From assembly GCA_002269645.1 (NCBI GenBank), contig NIVC01000221.1, positions 248,001-312,000 on the forward strand: a stretch of DNA of 64,000 nt, read 5' to 3'. Of this stretch, positions 1 to 11,465 are shown in pieces (the stretch's first letter is position 1; every line of letters begins with the position of its first letter). Source of the DNA: Macrostomum lignano (lineage: Eukaryota). A program made the translations under genes and the position numbers. The notes beneath the pieces are model-generated. The model searched no databases. It was not told the origin of the DNA and worked only from the letters and a program-made list of their open reading frames with translations.

Positions 1-832
1 CTCAGGAGTTTGTTCAAAAGCAGTCTGGTGAAAGAGAGAGAATGAAAAGCGAATTGTTTAGGTTCCGATGGAGGGAAGCGAGGTCTTGTCAGCATTAGAG
101 GCTCAAGTACAAATTTTGTGGTTCTCAATAAACTACACCTCCTGAGTCAACCTTAGCGTTATCCAAATCGCAGAGTAGACAGACCGACAGCTGGAAAAAA
201 TATCAGATAACATTCATAGTAAAAAGAATGAATGTCCAGATATCTGAGTTTGCAACCATTGAAGTTCAGGAAACTGGGAGGCTAGACATCTGACTGGTGA
301 CAGTGAATTTACGGAAAGCGGAAACACTCTCATCTGTAGCAGATTTGCTGCTGGGAAGAAAAACTGGAGCATCTCCCTGATGCCTCTTGTGAGCGCATAC
401 AAAAAACGGAGAAGAAATTTTAGCCGTCTTCCGGCAAATTCACCTGCAGAAATGTGGAAACAGGTTGGAAAAACAAAGCTGTGAGACACATGCTGCCAGC
501 TTCTGTAAAAACTCGCTGCTAAAGAAGCAATTCAAAAATGCTTTTGCAAGCAGGTGATCGCCTCAGTCTCTCCCTGCCTCTTCTTGCCCAGCGTAATTGA
601 CGATGATTCAGTTCTTTTATGTTGGCTGTTTGAAAGCTCGTTAATCGATATTTCAAACACAGTTTGTACTTAAAGTAGCATATCAGTTATCTACACAGAT
701 CTTAGCTCAAAGCGCAGTGATACATGTAGATCTGCAAATAACCTATCAGATTAGCCCACTGAAAAACTATATAAAGCTGTGCAAAGTCGTCTAGTGAGCA
801 GGAGCAAGAAGCCCAGGTATACAATTTTAAAC

Positions 833-1551
833 ATGTTCTACAGACATTCAGTCGTTCTGGTCGCTGTATGCACCTTCTTTGTCCTCGCCGCTGGCAGGGT
901 GATAGAGTTTTCTTACGTTGGCTGCTTTAAAGACGAAGGAAGCAACAGAGCCTTAAACGGATTCGTGGATGTCACAAGCGTTGGCCGATACGGGAACACA
1001 GTACATTCGGCCATCCGTAATAGCGGGATGACCCACGAAATGTGCGGCAGCATTTGCTCCTTGGGCGGATTCCTAGCTGTTTTTCGGGGTGCAGCACCTA
1101 CTGCTACTGCGGCTCATCCTATGGCTCAGTCGGATCAGTCGCTGACAGCCTGTGCAGCACTGTGAGCTCTGGAAACTCCAGTCAAATGTGTGGAGGCAGT
1201 TACAAAAACTCAGTTTTCGCTTTGACCTACCCGAGTGAGTGTTCATACTAAAAGTGTAAACTGTTAGCGACCAATGAATCAACGTGGGCCTATTCCCTAA
1301 ATTATTTCATTTCGCAATTTCAGATAGCAAATGTTTTCAACAGACTGCCAGGCAAACCCTCACAGTGACTGCCTCGCGACAGATCCACTGGACCCGCCCT
1401 ACAGGTTACCTGTGTGATGCTGTGCGAGGCCTCAGCTGAGTGCCAGGCTGTGATTTTCTCTGGCCAGCAGCGCCTGTGCCACCTGCTGAGGTTCGCCTAC
1501 CCGCCTGCACACCTGAGCAGCACCGATGGGGTGTACTATGTTCGTGGCTGA
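833..1551 (+). pseudogene. WSC-PAN secreted protein, subtype A copy 1 (A1), frameshifted
   Basis: Exons 833-1234 and 1324-1551 (GTGAGT donor 1235, TTTCAG acceptor 1323). Versus A2 it has a +4 insertion (~1075) and a 5-nt deletion (~1098) in exon 1 (net -1), an 8-nt deletion in exon 2 (~1400), and one WSC Cys lost (TAC->VSS). Confidence 0.85.
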
Positions 1552-2544
1552 GACTTGAAATAAGAAGATCTATTTATTTAATAGAAGATAAGACGCAAAT
1601 TAAAACCCTACAAATGTGCATGCTTTGATAATGATTTTCAAAATCAAACCTATATTTTTCTCAACAAAACATACTTGACTACAGCTAATCCCCCCATTAA
1701 CTCACGCTGGCACACGGCTTAAGAGTTTTGCACGCCATCAGGGTAAAGCAATGGTACAGCCATCAAGCATGTCTGGGACTTAGTAATGCGAAGACGTCAG
1801 TAGGGTGCCTAGCAGAATGCTAAACAGATTTGCGTCTGCCGGTTCTGAATGTCCGGCAGCAGTTGCCATAAGCGTTCATCAACGGGCTGGTGAATCAGCT
1901 GATACCACGACGAGTGACAGCACTTTTGCGTGCTCGTGCATGGTTCCTGGACACGCTACTGAAACTGGAATTAAAGACACTGCCACGTGACAGAGTCAGT
2001 TTGGGGGGGGCGATTAGCTTTACATGCTTGTGTTTAAACAACAGCTAATTATTGTTGAATTTTTGTTTCCTATAAGTCCTGAACTTGTTGTTTTCCATGT
2101 TCAACTGGTCTTAGAAATATTTTCTGATAGGATCCGTATTTTTGAGAGGTTCTTCTCAAAATACACACGAAGAAATACACGTTTCTGGGCACCACATATT
2201 CTTTTCATCCAACAGGCTTGCAATATTTAAGACTTCAAGTCAGAGGCTCAACTACAATTGTGATTCTCACTGTGCATCTCCTTAGTAACCTTGGCGCTAT
2301 CAACATTGCAGAGTAGACGGAAAGACAGGTAGAAATATGCATATCAGATGCCGTAAGAGACCAATTGAGCTGTGGCTGAAATTTTTTACAGCAGTAGAAT
2401 CAGTGAAAACGTGTTAAAAGCGATGTTTTGAAAAAGAACTTATGAGTAGTCAGAAAATTGTATTTGTTGACTAATCGAACATCGACACTGTATGGCTGAC
2501 GTCATATAGAGCGAAATGTGTAAAAACCGTAAGCTCAGATGGTA

Positions 2545-2990
2545 GCCAGACACTTTATTGCAGATAATTTCGGTGCCAAGACAGTTCGAGTGCCAGAGCG
2601 AGTGGCATCTTTAAAAAGAAGAGTGAGTTGCGGAGAGGTGTTTTTCCTTTGGGCATAAAAAATACAAGCTGGCTACGTATAAAAGACAAAAAAAATCGTA
2701 CTTACAAAAAAGCTAAGAAATGCTAAAAAAGACTCACTTGCACTAACTCGTGTGCAAACTAAGAAATGACAAACCGTGTTAATAATGTGTATCGTTACCG
2801 GCTGTATTGGAAAATACCATTCTAACAAAATTCACCAAAACCTGACGAAGACTATAGAATGCAGAATCCAGATATTTTTCTTTTTAATAAATTTGATTAC
2901 TATGCCATTATTCAGTAGCATAAAAACTAGTATGACATGCACCGAAGTGACTTGGCACCGAAATATTTGGCACCGTCGTATCCAGTTTTC
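2545..2990. mobile_element. Possible MITE with imperfect ~40-bp inverted ends
   Basis: TTTCGGTGCCAAG near 2568 and inverted CTTGGCACCGAAA near 2960, with further GGCACCG copies; no TSD identified. Confidence 0.3.
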
Positions 2991-3769
2991 TATCAGACTT
3001 TTGAGGAGCGTGAGAAAGTTACAGGCCTAATTAGGCTGTTATTACAGTGTACTCTTAATTGTTCTCTGAAGCCTCGTCTGAGCTGATGCAGAGAAATGAG
3101 GAGAAATTCAAGCCGTCACAGGCAAACTTTGCCAGCAGGAATGTAGAAACAGGCTGCAAAATCAAACAGAGCGAGCTGTGAGACACGAATTACTTTCACA
3201 GTCCCTGCTTTGTGTAAAAACTGCGCGTTATAGAAACTCGTAAAACTGTATTTAGTGAGTTTCATATTACCACAGCATCGCCCTCGGTAGATATGTTATT
3301 TCTAAAAATTTTAGCGTGATGGAAAACCCAAACAGAGTGAAGGCCTCTGTTACTATGACTACGGGGGAAACTCAAGTGAAAACTTAAGTAAAAGTGTTTA
3401 TTATCAACACTATGAGCGTACGTTATCAGATCCTCCCGCAAGTTTTCTCTTTTTTCAGCTTTGATTGCTCATAGCTTTGGCTGTGATTTCCGAGATATAA
3501 TTACGACATTTCAAAGAGAGCTCAGACGCTGACTAATATTTACTAACACCCCTTACTTAAGATGGGTGTTACGAACATACGTTAAGCCAACAAACATACT
3601 ATACTTTAAGTAAGACTGGCTCATTACGTACATGCACATGGGCCTTCAGAACCTACACTCCAGGACACCATGTGGACTGTGCTTCTTGCAATTTCTAATC
3701 ACCTAGATGTTCTATTATTTTGCCCTGTCTCCTTTCTGTTTCTGCCTCCGCAAAATATATGTAGCCCTT

Positions 3770-4370
3770 TTCCTTTGCTCATACTCCACCCCCTTGGTTC
3801 GGCAGGCATCTTGGTGATGACCGAACTTCTGTCACTTTGAGCACTGGTGGGGTCAGGTGGGGACACTTTGCCGCCCAGTGAGACTGGGAGCCCAAAGAAA
3901 GCTGGCCCGATCACGAGGATTCCGTGTTTTGGCTGCCTTCTCGTGCTTGACGTCGTGACTTGGTAATTTCACTTTGCTGATGGCGTCTGTTCCTCTCTCC
4001 GCTGTCTCCAAGATGACCGCGATCTTGTGGAAGCTGCTCGGAGAGTCGTCTGGAGCAGGCGTCTCTGAATCTGCGAATTACGGAGCCCGGTCACCAGCTT
4101 GTCTCTCGGTGCTTCATCCAGGATTTTCTCAGTTGTTCCAGATAATGGCTGATGCTCTCGCTCTCGTGCTGACTGCGCCGGTAGAAAATTGAACCTTCTT
4201 CACCACCTTTCAAAGCTTGGGGTTAAAGTGCTCCCGGAGAGTCTTGATGATGTCAAGAGGTCTCCTTCGGCTTCTTTGGGGCCAACAGATCTCGCAACAT
4301 TGTCACTGTTGTAACGTTCGAGAGTCCTGGCATGTCTAATTTAATGAGCCGCTGCTGCGAGCACATTTAT
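3770..4370 (-). mobile_element. gag: Degenerate Ty3/Gypsy (Mag-like) gag fragment
   Basis: Minus-strand peptides LRDLLAPKKPKET, FYRRSQHESESISHYLEQLRK, LDEAPRDKLVTGLRNSQIQRRLLQ and a broken CCHC knuckle CSK*QKFGHHQDAC, with stops and frameshifts. Paralogous copy at ~22510-22970. Confidence 0.7.
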
Positions 4371-4480
4371 GCATACTTTGCTTTCTCTGCTCGACCCTCG
4401 ACTCTATGGGACCGCTCTTTGAGCCATAGATAACAGCATTAAAAGGGACAAATGAAGCAATATAAGTTACAGTTGGAAAT

Positions 4481-4551
4481 GAGTAGGTCCGGATGAAGCT
4501 CTGAGGCTAAGTGGGTCTGGATGAAGCTGTGAGGCTGAGTGGGTCTGGATG
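4481..4551 (+). repeat. Orphan ~2.5 units of the 28-bp stop-codon minisatellite
   Basis: GAGTAGGTCCGGATGAAGCTCTGAGGCTAAGTGGGTCTGGATGAAGCTGTGAGGCTGAGTGGGTCTGGATGA with no exon 2 in front of it. Confidence 0.85.
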
Positions 4552-5070
4552 ATTAAGAGTTTCAAGATAAAATGGTTGAGGTTTACCAGCTAATATTTCG
4601 AATTTTCTTTTTTGCCTAACTAAACGTGCAGTTTTTCTTCTTGTTTTTTTATTCAGATTATTCCAACTTTGCAGGTAGTCTTTTTAGTTGTAATATTCGG
4701 TTGGAATAAACCCTAAGAAACACTCTTTCCTATATTATTCATTCAAAGTCAATTTTGACTCCAATTCAAATACAGTGCCAGAGATTTGCCTGATATTCTC
4801 CTCTTGCTACTCATCGGTAGGCATCTCTCACGCACATCCAGGTGACACCTCAGCCAATCCTTGCACAGCATTGGCTGAATGGGACAGCATGAAGCGTACT
4901 TGCTAAATACTACAAAAGCCAGCGTCTCCTTGTTTTCCACTTCTAATTCTGCTAGGTGGTCCATATTACCATTGGCTTCTTCCAGCAAATATATTGTTTA
5001 GGTTTCTTGCTTGAAACAGAAGAAGCGTCTCAGAAACTGCCGTTCGGCCACTCTCTGGGATTTTTTCCCA

Positions 5071-5906
5071 ATGCTGAAACTCTGCGCTCTGCTGCTCTGC
5101 TGGGCAGTCGGTTCCGGACGCTGCGCCGCTGCTGCGGAGCCGCCTCAACCGTTGGAGTTTCGCCACCTCGGCTGCTACGTGGATGGCGCTGTTGGCAACC
5201 GAGATCTTGTAGGACTGCAGGGGGTCAAAAAGTTCGGACAGTTTGAGACTCACCCTACTAACCCAGCTTTCGCTTTTGACTTCGCCAAGATGACACTGCA
5301 ACTTTGCAGCCAGATGTGCTCTTACGGCCGATTTCGCTACTTTGGAGTTCAGTCTGCGGCCTTCTGCTGCTGCGGCTCGGCCTACGGATCGCACGGCACC
5401 GCGCCGGCTAGCGACTGCAGCAGAGCTTGCAGTGGAGCCCTGTCTCAGATTTGCGGTGGAGAGTCGAGAAATTCGATCTACGAGTTGACTTATTCACCAA
5501 GTAAGCGTTGCGAATTAAAGCAGCTCGTAGAAGTGTAAAGATAGTCTCACTTAGCCAGACGACGTAAAACGCTGCAGATGTTCTAAAGTCGTCCTTAAAT
5601 GTAGTTCGGACTGGGCCATTTCAAATATCAAAACAATTTTTTGTAACCAACCCTTCTGCAGTCGATCCAATGATGCCGAAACTGCCCGTGACGTCTCTGC
5701 CGAACATCACAGCCTCCGCGAGCTCAGTCACCCACAGCAGCGTCTCTGCCAAGAGTGCCATCCAGTGCGCTGCCGCCTGCCAGCGAAGCCCGGACTGTCA
5801 GGACTGCGCCTTCGTGCCTTCGAGCCGCATGTGTCGCCTGCTGAGATTCGCCGCTGTGCCCGCTGAGGTGGCCAGCGAGGCTGATTGGGTCTGGATGAAG
5901 CAGTGA
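5071..5906 (+). CDS. WSC-PAN secreted protein, subtype B copy 1 (B1), 224 aa
   Basis: Exons 5071-5500 and 5662-5906 (phase-1 intron GTAAGC...CTGCAG, 675 nt in frame). Signal peptide MLKLCALLLCWAVG; WSC motifs LGCYVD, MTLQLCSQMC, FGVQ..FCCCG, CSRACSG..QICGG; PAN-like CAAACQRSPDCQDCAF..MCRL. Confidence 0.88.
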
Positions 5907-6240
5907 GGCTGAGTGGGTCTGGATGAAGCTGTGAGGCTGAGTGGGTCTGGATAAAGCTGTGAGGCTGAGTAGGTCTGGATGAAGCAGTGAGGCTGAGTGG
6001 GTCTGGATGAAGCTGTGAGGCTGAGTGGGTCTAAATGAAGCTGTGAGGCTGAGTGGGTCTGGATGAAGCTGTGAGGCTGAGTGGGTCTGGATGAAGCAGT
6101 GACTGAGTGGGTCTGGATTAAGCTGTGAGGCTGAGTGGATTTGGATGAAGCAGTGAGCTGAGTGGGTCTGGATGAAGCTGTGAGGCTGAGTGGTTCTGGA
6201 TGAAGCTGTGAGGCTGAGTGGGTCTGGTTGGAGCTGCGAG
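5877..6240 (+). repeat. 28-bp minisatellite, ~13 units, overlapping the B1 C-terminus and stop
   Basis: Unit GAGGCTGAGTGGGTCTGGATGAAGCTGT; the first unit encodes EADWVWMKQ and its stop spans the unit junction (T|GA). Confidence 0.95.
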
Positions 6241-7053
6241 TCTGTTCGATTTAATGGCAAACACTGATAGGAGTTCTGAATGATAATCCTGACGTACTTT
6301 TAAAAACAAAAGTGATTCATGTATTGGTTCTGTTTCATGTCTTATTATTTATAAAACTATCTAGAATAACAAATGCTATTAAAAGTTTTAAGAGCTTTAA
6401 ATCTTTTATTTTCTCTTAATTGTCCATTGGCAGAACTGTTGTATACGGTATATAAACATATGTTGTGTTATGTGTATTTATAAGCTTTAAATTTTTGGAT
6501 ATTAGTTTACCGTCTATTAAACTAAAACTCCATGGCTAGACTACATGTATATTTTATTCTACGCTTTTCACGTCTTAGGCTATCATTTATAAAGCTATCT
6601 AGAATGACAATTTCAAATCCGAGTTTCGAAGTGTCAAGGTTAAAGAGTTTTAAGTTTTTTCTTTTTGCATTGTTTAGCTACTGTAAAAATTAATGTTTAT
6701 GGTAAAAACTTTAAAATTTTCTGGATACATTACTACTTTACTGTTGTACCATTACGAGTTGTAAGAACTCCATGACTAGTTGACAGTTGGAAAATCATTT
6801 GCAGCCGTACGGCATTTTAACGTTAAATTTTTAAACAAAATTTCAATTCGAGCTAAACGAAGCTCAATTTGGACAATCTAGTGGAGTTCGGTTTTTGCGG
6901 CACTTCAGTTGAAACAAATTCTCTTTCTTACAGGCTAAGTTTTCCGAATTGGAAAATGTTTTCCGACAGTCTATGGCCGAAACCGCTTTTGAGTGGCGAC
7001 TGCGCTCTGATTAAAGCTTCAAGGAAACAGATCAGAGTCACTTTCAGGAGCCA

Positions 7054-7144
7054 GAGAGCGAGAGAAAGAGAGAGAGAGAGGGAGAGAGAGAGAGACAGAG
7101 GGGGGGGGGAGACAGAGAGGGGGAGAGAAAGAGAAAGAGAGAGA
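7054..7144. repeat. (AG)n microsatellite
   Basis: GAGAGA run interrupted by G tracts; related tract at ~31928-31978. Confidence 0.9.
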
Positions 7145-8012
7145 GGTTTCGGTGCCGATCGATGGAAGCGAGCGCTAGTCAGCATCAGAGGCTCAACTAC
7201 CATTGTGATTCTCACTACACCACCTCTCCTGAGTATCCTTGGCGCTATCCACATTGCAGAGTAGACAGTAGAGTGGCAGATTCTTCACTGAGCATAAAAC
7301 AGGAAAATTTCTAAAGCCTATTACGAGCTAATTCTAGGCGTTTGCAAAAATCGAGAAGAAGCTCAAGCCGTCACGGGTGAAATCAACAGCAGGAACGCAG
7401 AAGCAGCCGCTGCAAAAAAACAGCGCTGCACGACATGTCCCCAGCTTTTTCTAAAAAACCCACGCATCATAGAAAAGCTTCAATTTTTCTCAGAATGCAA
7501 AATTCTTCCCAGATGAGTCAGGTACATTAGTGTTAATGAGAAAAGACAAGTTAAACTTACTGTAGTTTTACTACTAAAAATAGCTCATTCAGTGTCCCAC
7601 CGGTTGCGCATTCAACAAGAAAGTACAAGCCGCCAATACACTTTGCTTTAAACTATACGACGTAGAAGACCCATCGATTCATTAAGCAATCACCGATCAC
7701 TGAGCACCGAGAAACAACACTTGAAATGGTTTACCAAACAGGCATCATCACTTTAGCGACGTCTGCACCCTGCCTGCGTCGCTGGCAGTGTTGGTTGAAT
7801 AACTTCTACTACTTTGTTGGAACGCGCTCTGTAATTGGTAGATATTTCATTATATAGTACTTTAGCGCGACGGACATCCAAACAGAGTGAATGCCTCCAC
7901 CATATACTAAAAACGGTCTGTCGGTATCTAGGTAGGTAGAAAGATATGTGATCGATTAGTGATAAAAATGGCTCAACCAATTTTCTCGGAGTTTGATCGA
8001 ATAACTTGAATC

Positions 8013-8212
8013 GCACTTGATAAGCCAAGGATTATTGCACTTGATAAGCCAAAGATTATTGCACTTGATAAGCCAAAGATTATTGCACTTGATAAGCCAA
8101 GGATTACTGCACTTGATAAGCCAAGGATTATTGCACTTGATAAGCCAAGGATTGTTGCATTTGATAAGCCAAGGATTATTGCACTTGATAAGCCAAGGAT
8201 TATTGCATTTGA
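8013..8212. repeat. 24-bp tandem repeat, ~8 copies
   Basis: Unit GCACTTGATAAGCCAAGGATTATT. Confidence 0.95.
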
Positions 8213-8225
8213 CTTCAGATGCCAC

Positions 8226-8590
8226 ATGTTGAAAGACAATGGCTATCTACTGGCGCTGTAGCACAGCTGGCAGTTTCTTAAAATTCTACTTCGATTGAAG
8301 CACCGCTCGCTTCCGATACACGCCTTAGTTCCGAGAAGTCGCTACACTGGACGCCTCGCTGACAGCAAGGAAAAACAGCGATAGAGACCTGCAAGGACTC
8401 GAATGTGTCACGGCGTTTCGCCGGTACACAGTTGACCGCCTTCGTCAAGAGCACGAAAATAACACTGCAGAGGTGTAGCGGTTTCATGCTCGGTTCTGCT
8501 TTTTTGGTGTTCAGGCGGTCGACGAGGGAGAATATGCGGCCCGTGCAGTGACATCTGCAATGGCGCTAACTGGATCATTTCCATCTTGTA
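8226..8590 (+). pseudogene. Highly decayed WSC exon-1 relic
   Basis: With stops and frameshifts it reads SRYTGRLADS, DRDLQGLECV, AFVKSTKITLQRCS and RFCFFGVQA, matching family motifs FRYIGCFVDS, NRDLVGLQGV, FLVRDSSMTLQMCS and RFRYFGVQS in the same order. Confidence 0.55.
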
Positions 8591-8613
8591 AATCACCATT
8601 TGATAGTTAAAAA

Positions 8614-9268
8614 TCCTCAATTTTGAACGAAGTCGAGTTAAATTCGAACCAAAATAGACTTGAATTGAGACATTTCAGTGGAATGTGTTTCTTTGAGGAA
8701 ATTCAATCAATTTAAACGAACTACTTTTCTATTGGCTGAGTTGTCTGAATTGGAAAATCTGTTGAGACAGTCTATGGCCAAAATCGCTTTTAAGAGGCCT
8801 CGGCAGCTCACTAATGCGAACTGATTTTTAGACAATGAGCGGGACGTGTGTCCTGCCAACTGTCTCTACAAGCCATCCTCTTCACCAGCCTCTTCCTTGA
8901 TTTCATTTTCTCCGACAATCTCAGTGTCAAGGCAAATCCTGTCCGCCTCATCTTTATCCGCACTCATGACGATGGCATTTGGATTTCTATCCAATTCGAT
9001 GAGTTAAACAGGCGGTTGGAGTCGCACAATACGAGTATTCCGTCGATTCTGCTTCATTTGAACTTCAATTCAGCGAGCTGTCGCCCCTGAAAAGCGGTTT
9101 TAGCCATAGACTGTGGCAATAAATTTTCCAATTCAGAAAATGTAGTCATTAAAAAAGGGAGTAGCTTATTTGAATTGAATTCCCGTAATAATCAAAATAC
9201 ACTGGATAGGAACTCGATTGAAGTTGTTGTAGTTTGAATTGAACTCGATTTTGTTTAAAATTGAGGGT
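8614..9268. mobile_element. MITE/foldback element with ~190-bp imperfect terminal inverted repeats
   Basis: Left CCTCAATTTTGAACGAAGTCGAGTT...AGTCTATGGCC (8615-8800) mirrors right GCCATAGACTG...AACTCGATTTTGTTTAAAATTGAGG (9085-9268). Partial relatives at ~6840-6995 and ~26470-26790. Confidence 0.6.
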
Positions 9269-9432
9269 AAAATGATGTAATACTCTTATAGTATGGGTAT
9301 TATTTTTTCTATTCATACAAATAATCCATGTGTTTTAGTGATTTACGACTAACATTTATTCAGAGCAAATGGCGTTTTTATTGATACGGCCTAATGATGC
9401 CTAATGACGCATCGCATGATTTGCTTTTAAAT

Positions 9433-9815
9433 CGCGGATCGGCAAACCCCGCCCCACGCGCAACATGCGGCCCGCGCAGCCTCTCTATTCGGCCCTCCGG
9501 TCCTTTAAAACTTCACAACGGCAATCCGGCCCTTATGTGGCTAGTCAACTCTTTATCCCCTCTTCTTTCCCTTCTCTCCCCTCCTCTTTTCTCCTCTTCT
9601 CCTCTTTCCCCTTTCTCTCCCCTCTGTCGGCTTCTCACATTTTCCCTCTCTCCGCTTCTTTCCCCTCTTTCCCTCCTCTCCCGTCTTTCCCCTCCTCTTG
9701 TATTTCCCCTCTTCACTACCTTCTCTTTCTTATCTCTTCTGTCATCCCATCTCTCGACTCTCATCTCTTGTCTCATCTCTCATTTTCCATTCCTCTCCTC
9801 TTCCAGTTATTCAAC
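9433..9815 (+). mobile_element. hAT-Charlie-like MITE remnant with internal CT-rich tract
   Basis: GGATCGGCAAAC...CATGCGGCCCG 5' end followed by a CT-rich tract; right TIR missing; paralogue of 27000-27465. Confidence 0.5.
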
Positions 9816-10140
9816 AATAACTGACTGGTGAATTTTCTCATAAAAGCCTAGACGAAAACGTTTTCACGGCTCAAACGTATTGTCCCCACTCCCTTGTAAT
9901 TCTAGTTGCTAGGGCGAATGTCATCTTTTGGCCCGACATCCTACTCATGCTGCTTGACGAGCGCACAACCCTTGAGGTCAACTCTTTTCACAGCTGCTGT
10001 TGAACTTGTAAATCAAACACGTTCTACCCCGATAATTGGCATCGCAGAGTTTAATTTCACCAAAATACGACTGACGTGATATATTTGCGTTAGAATGTTG
10101 TTCTGAACTGTGAGATTAGTCTGGAGTTCTAGCCTAGTGA

Positions 10141-10500
10141 GGGGGTTGTAGCCTTAGTGGCTAAATTGTCAGACTCACGACAGAAAGGTCGGTAGTTCGA
10201 TTCTCGGCCCGCTCAGAAAAATCTGTGTCCTTGAGCAAGACACTTAATTCTACATTGCTTCAGTTCACCCAGCGGTAAAATGGGTGCCAGCATTAGCTGG
10301 GGTAAATGAGGGTGTGTATGGTGACCCCCCAGTCCTTGGACTGAACAGCCGTACGCAGCCTTCAAATGCGCCGCGCAATAGCTGCGGTTGAGCTGTCGGT
10401 TGCACATCTGGCCATTAAAGCGGGTTTAATTAATTATTAATATTATTGTTATTATTATGACTATTACTACTTATTACTATTATAATAATTATTATTATTA
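10141..10500 (+). mobile_element. tRNA-derived SINE (family 1) with Deu/Nin-like central domain
   Basis: A-box-like TAGCCTTAGTGG, B-box-like GTTCGATTC, central GTGTCCTTGAGCAAGACAC...AAATGGGTGCC and (TTA)n tail. The domain name is from memory of SINE superfamilies. Confidence 0.7.
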
Positions 10501-11265
10501 GGTGGCAGTAACTTAAGTCGTTGTTTCGGTTGCCGTTTGAGTAGTTCCTGCTATAAGCTGAACAGATAATTTTATGTGTAAGAATAGCATAGAATAGAAT
10601 AGAATAGAATAGTAAGAATAGAATAAGAATACGGATGCAACAATTACAACACACTGCACCTTGCTAGCTATCAAAGAATGATGCCTGCTACCCCACCTTT
10701 TGTCCTGACGCGCGCACGCTTAACAGACATGAGACACTCAATTCTTGAGGAAATCTTATGAAAAACAACTGCTGTTGAACTTGTAAATGAAGCGAAATTC
10801 AACCTCTTATCTACACAACACGGAGAAACTGATGCGAAGGCAGTTAAGCCGACCAGTTAAGAAAATAACATCATTTCCTTTTTTGTCTACTTACAAGTAG
10901 CGGTTATAAAAGTTTTAGAATGAAGTCCAAATAGGAGTATTATTTTGTTAGACTTTAGATTAAATACATGTACGAAGTATTTAGCTTTGTGTGGCCTTGC
11001 GCTTCAGTAGCGACTCCAAAGGATACATGAAGCTCGATCTTCAGAATCGAGAAACTGGTAATCTGCTTGCAGCCTTGTCGGGGTTGCTGTCAATTCTGCT
11101 AAAAATGCTGGTTTGTACTCTAAAGATGAACGGCGACTGTGTCCATAAAATTTGACTGCTAGAAGCATTTGACACTGATCAAGTACATGTAAATTACCAT
11201 GCTTTAAAAGCTTGCACGCATATAAATATTATGATACTTAAGTGGCTTGATCTGCGATTGCAATG

Positions 11266-11465
11266 CCACCAACACTCTGTAACACCCCGAGTTGAGAGTG
11301 GCGTGTCTAACAGGCACCAACACTCTGTAACACCCCGAGTTGAGAGGTGGCGTGTCTAACAGGCACCAACACTCTGTAACACCCCGAGTTGAGAGTGGCG
11401 TGTCTAACAGGCGCCAACACTCTGTAACACCCCGAGTTGAGAGTGGCGTATCTAACAGACACCAA
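11266..11465. repeat. 48-bp tandem repeat, ~4 copies
   Basis: Unit CACCAACACTCTGTAACACCCCGAGTTGAGAGTGGCGTGTCTAACAGG; the paralogous site ~28850-28950 has only ~2 diverged units. Confidence 0.9.

Noticed and set aside
5877-6240. CRISPR-like appearance of the 28-bp repeats
   Set aside because: Units are head-to-tail with no spacers, there are no cas genes, and the context is eukaryotic.
5724-6309. Minus-strand ORFs with repeated QPHSFIQTHSAS (also 13643-13909, 25494-25947)
   Set aside because: Antisense reading of the 28-bp minisatellite.
7956-8239. Repeat-peptide ORFs (IKCNNPWL)n and equivalents
   Set aside because: Shadows of the 24-bp tandem repeat in several frames.
9394-9831. Hydrophobic L/S/P/F-rich ORFs (also 26874-27468)
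   Set aside because: Translation of CT-rich low-complexity tracts inside MITEs.
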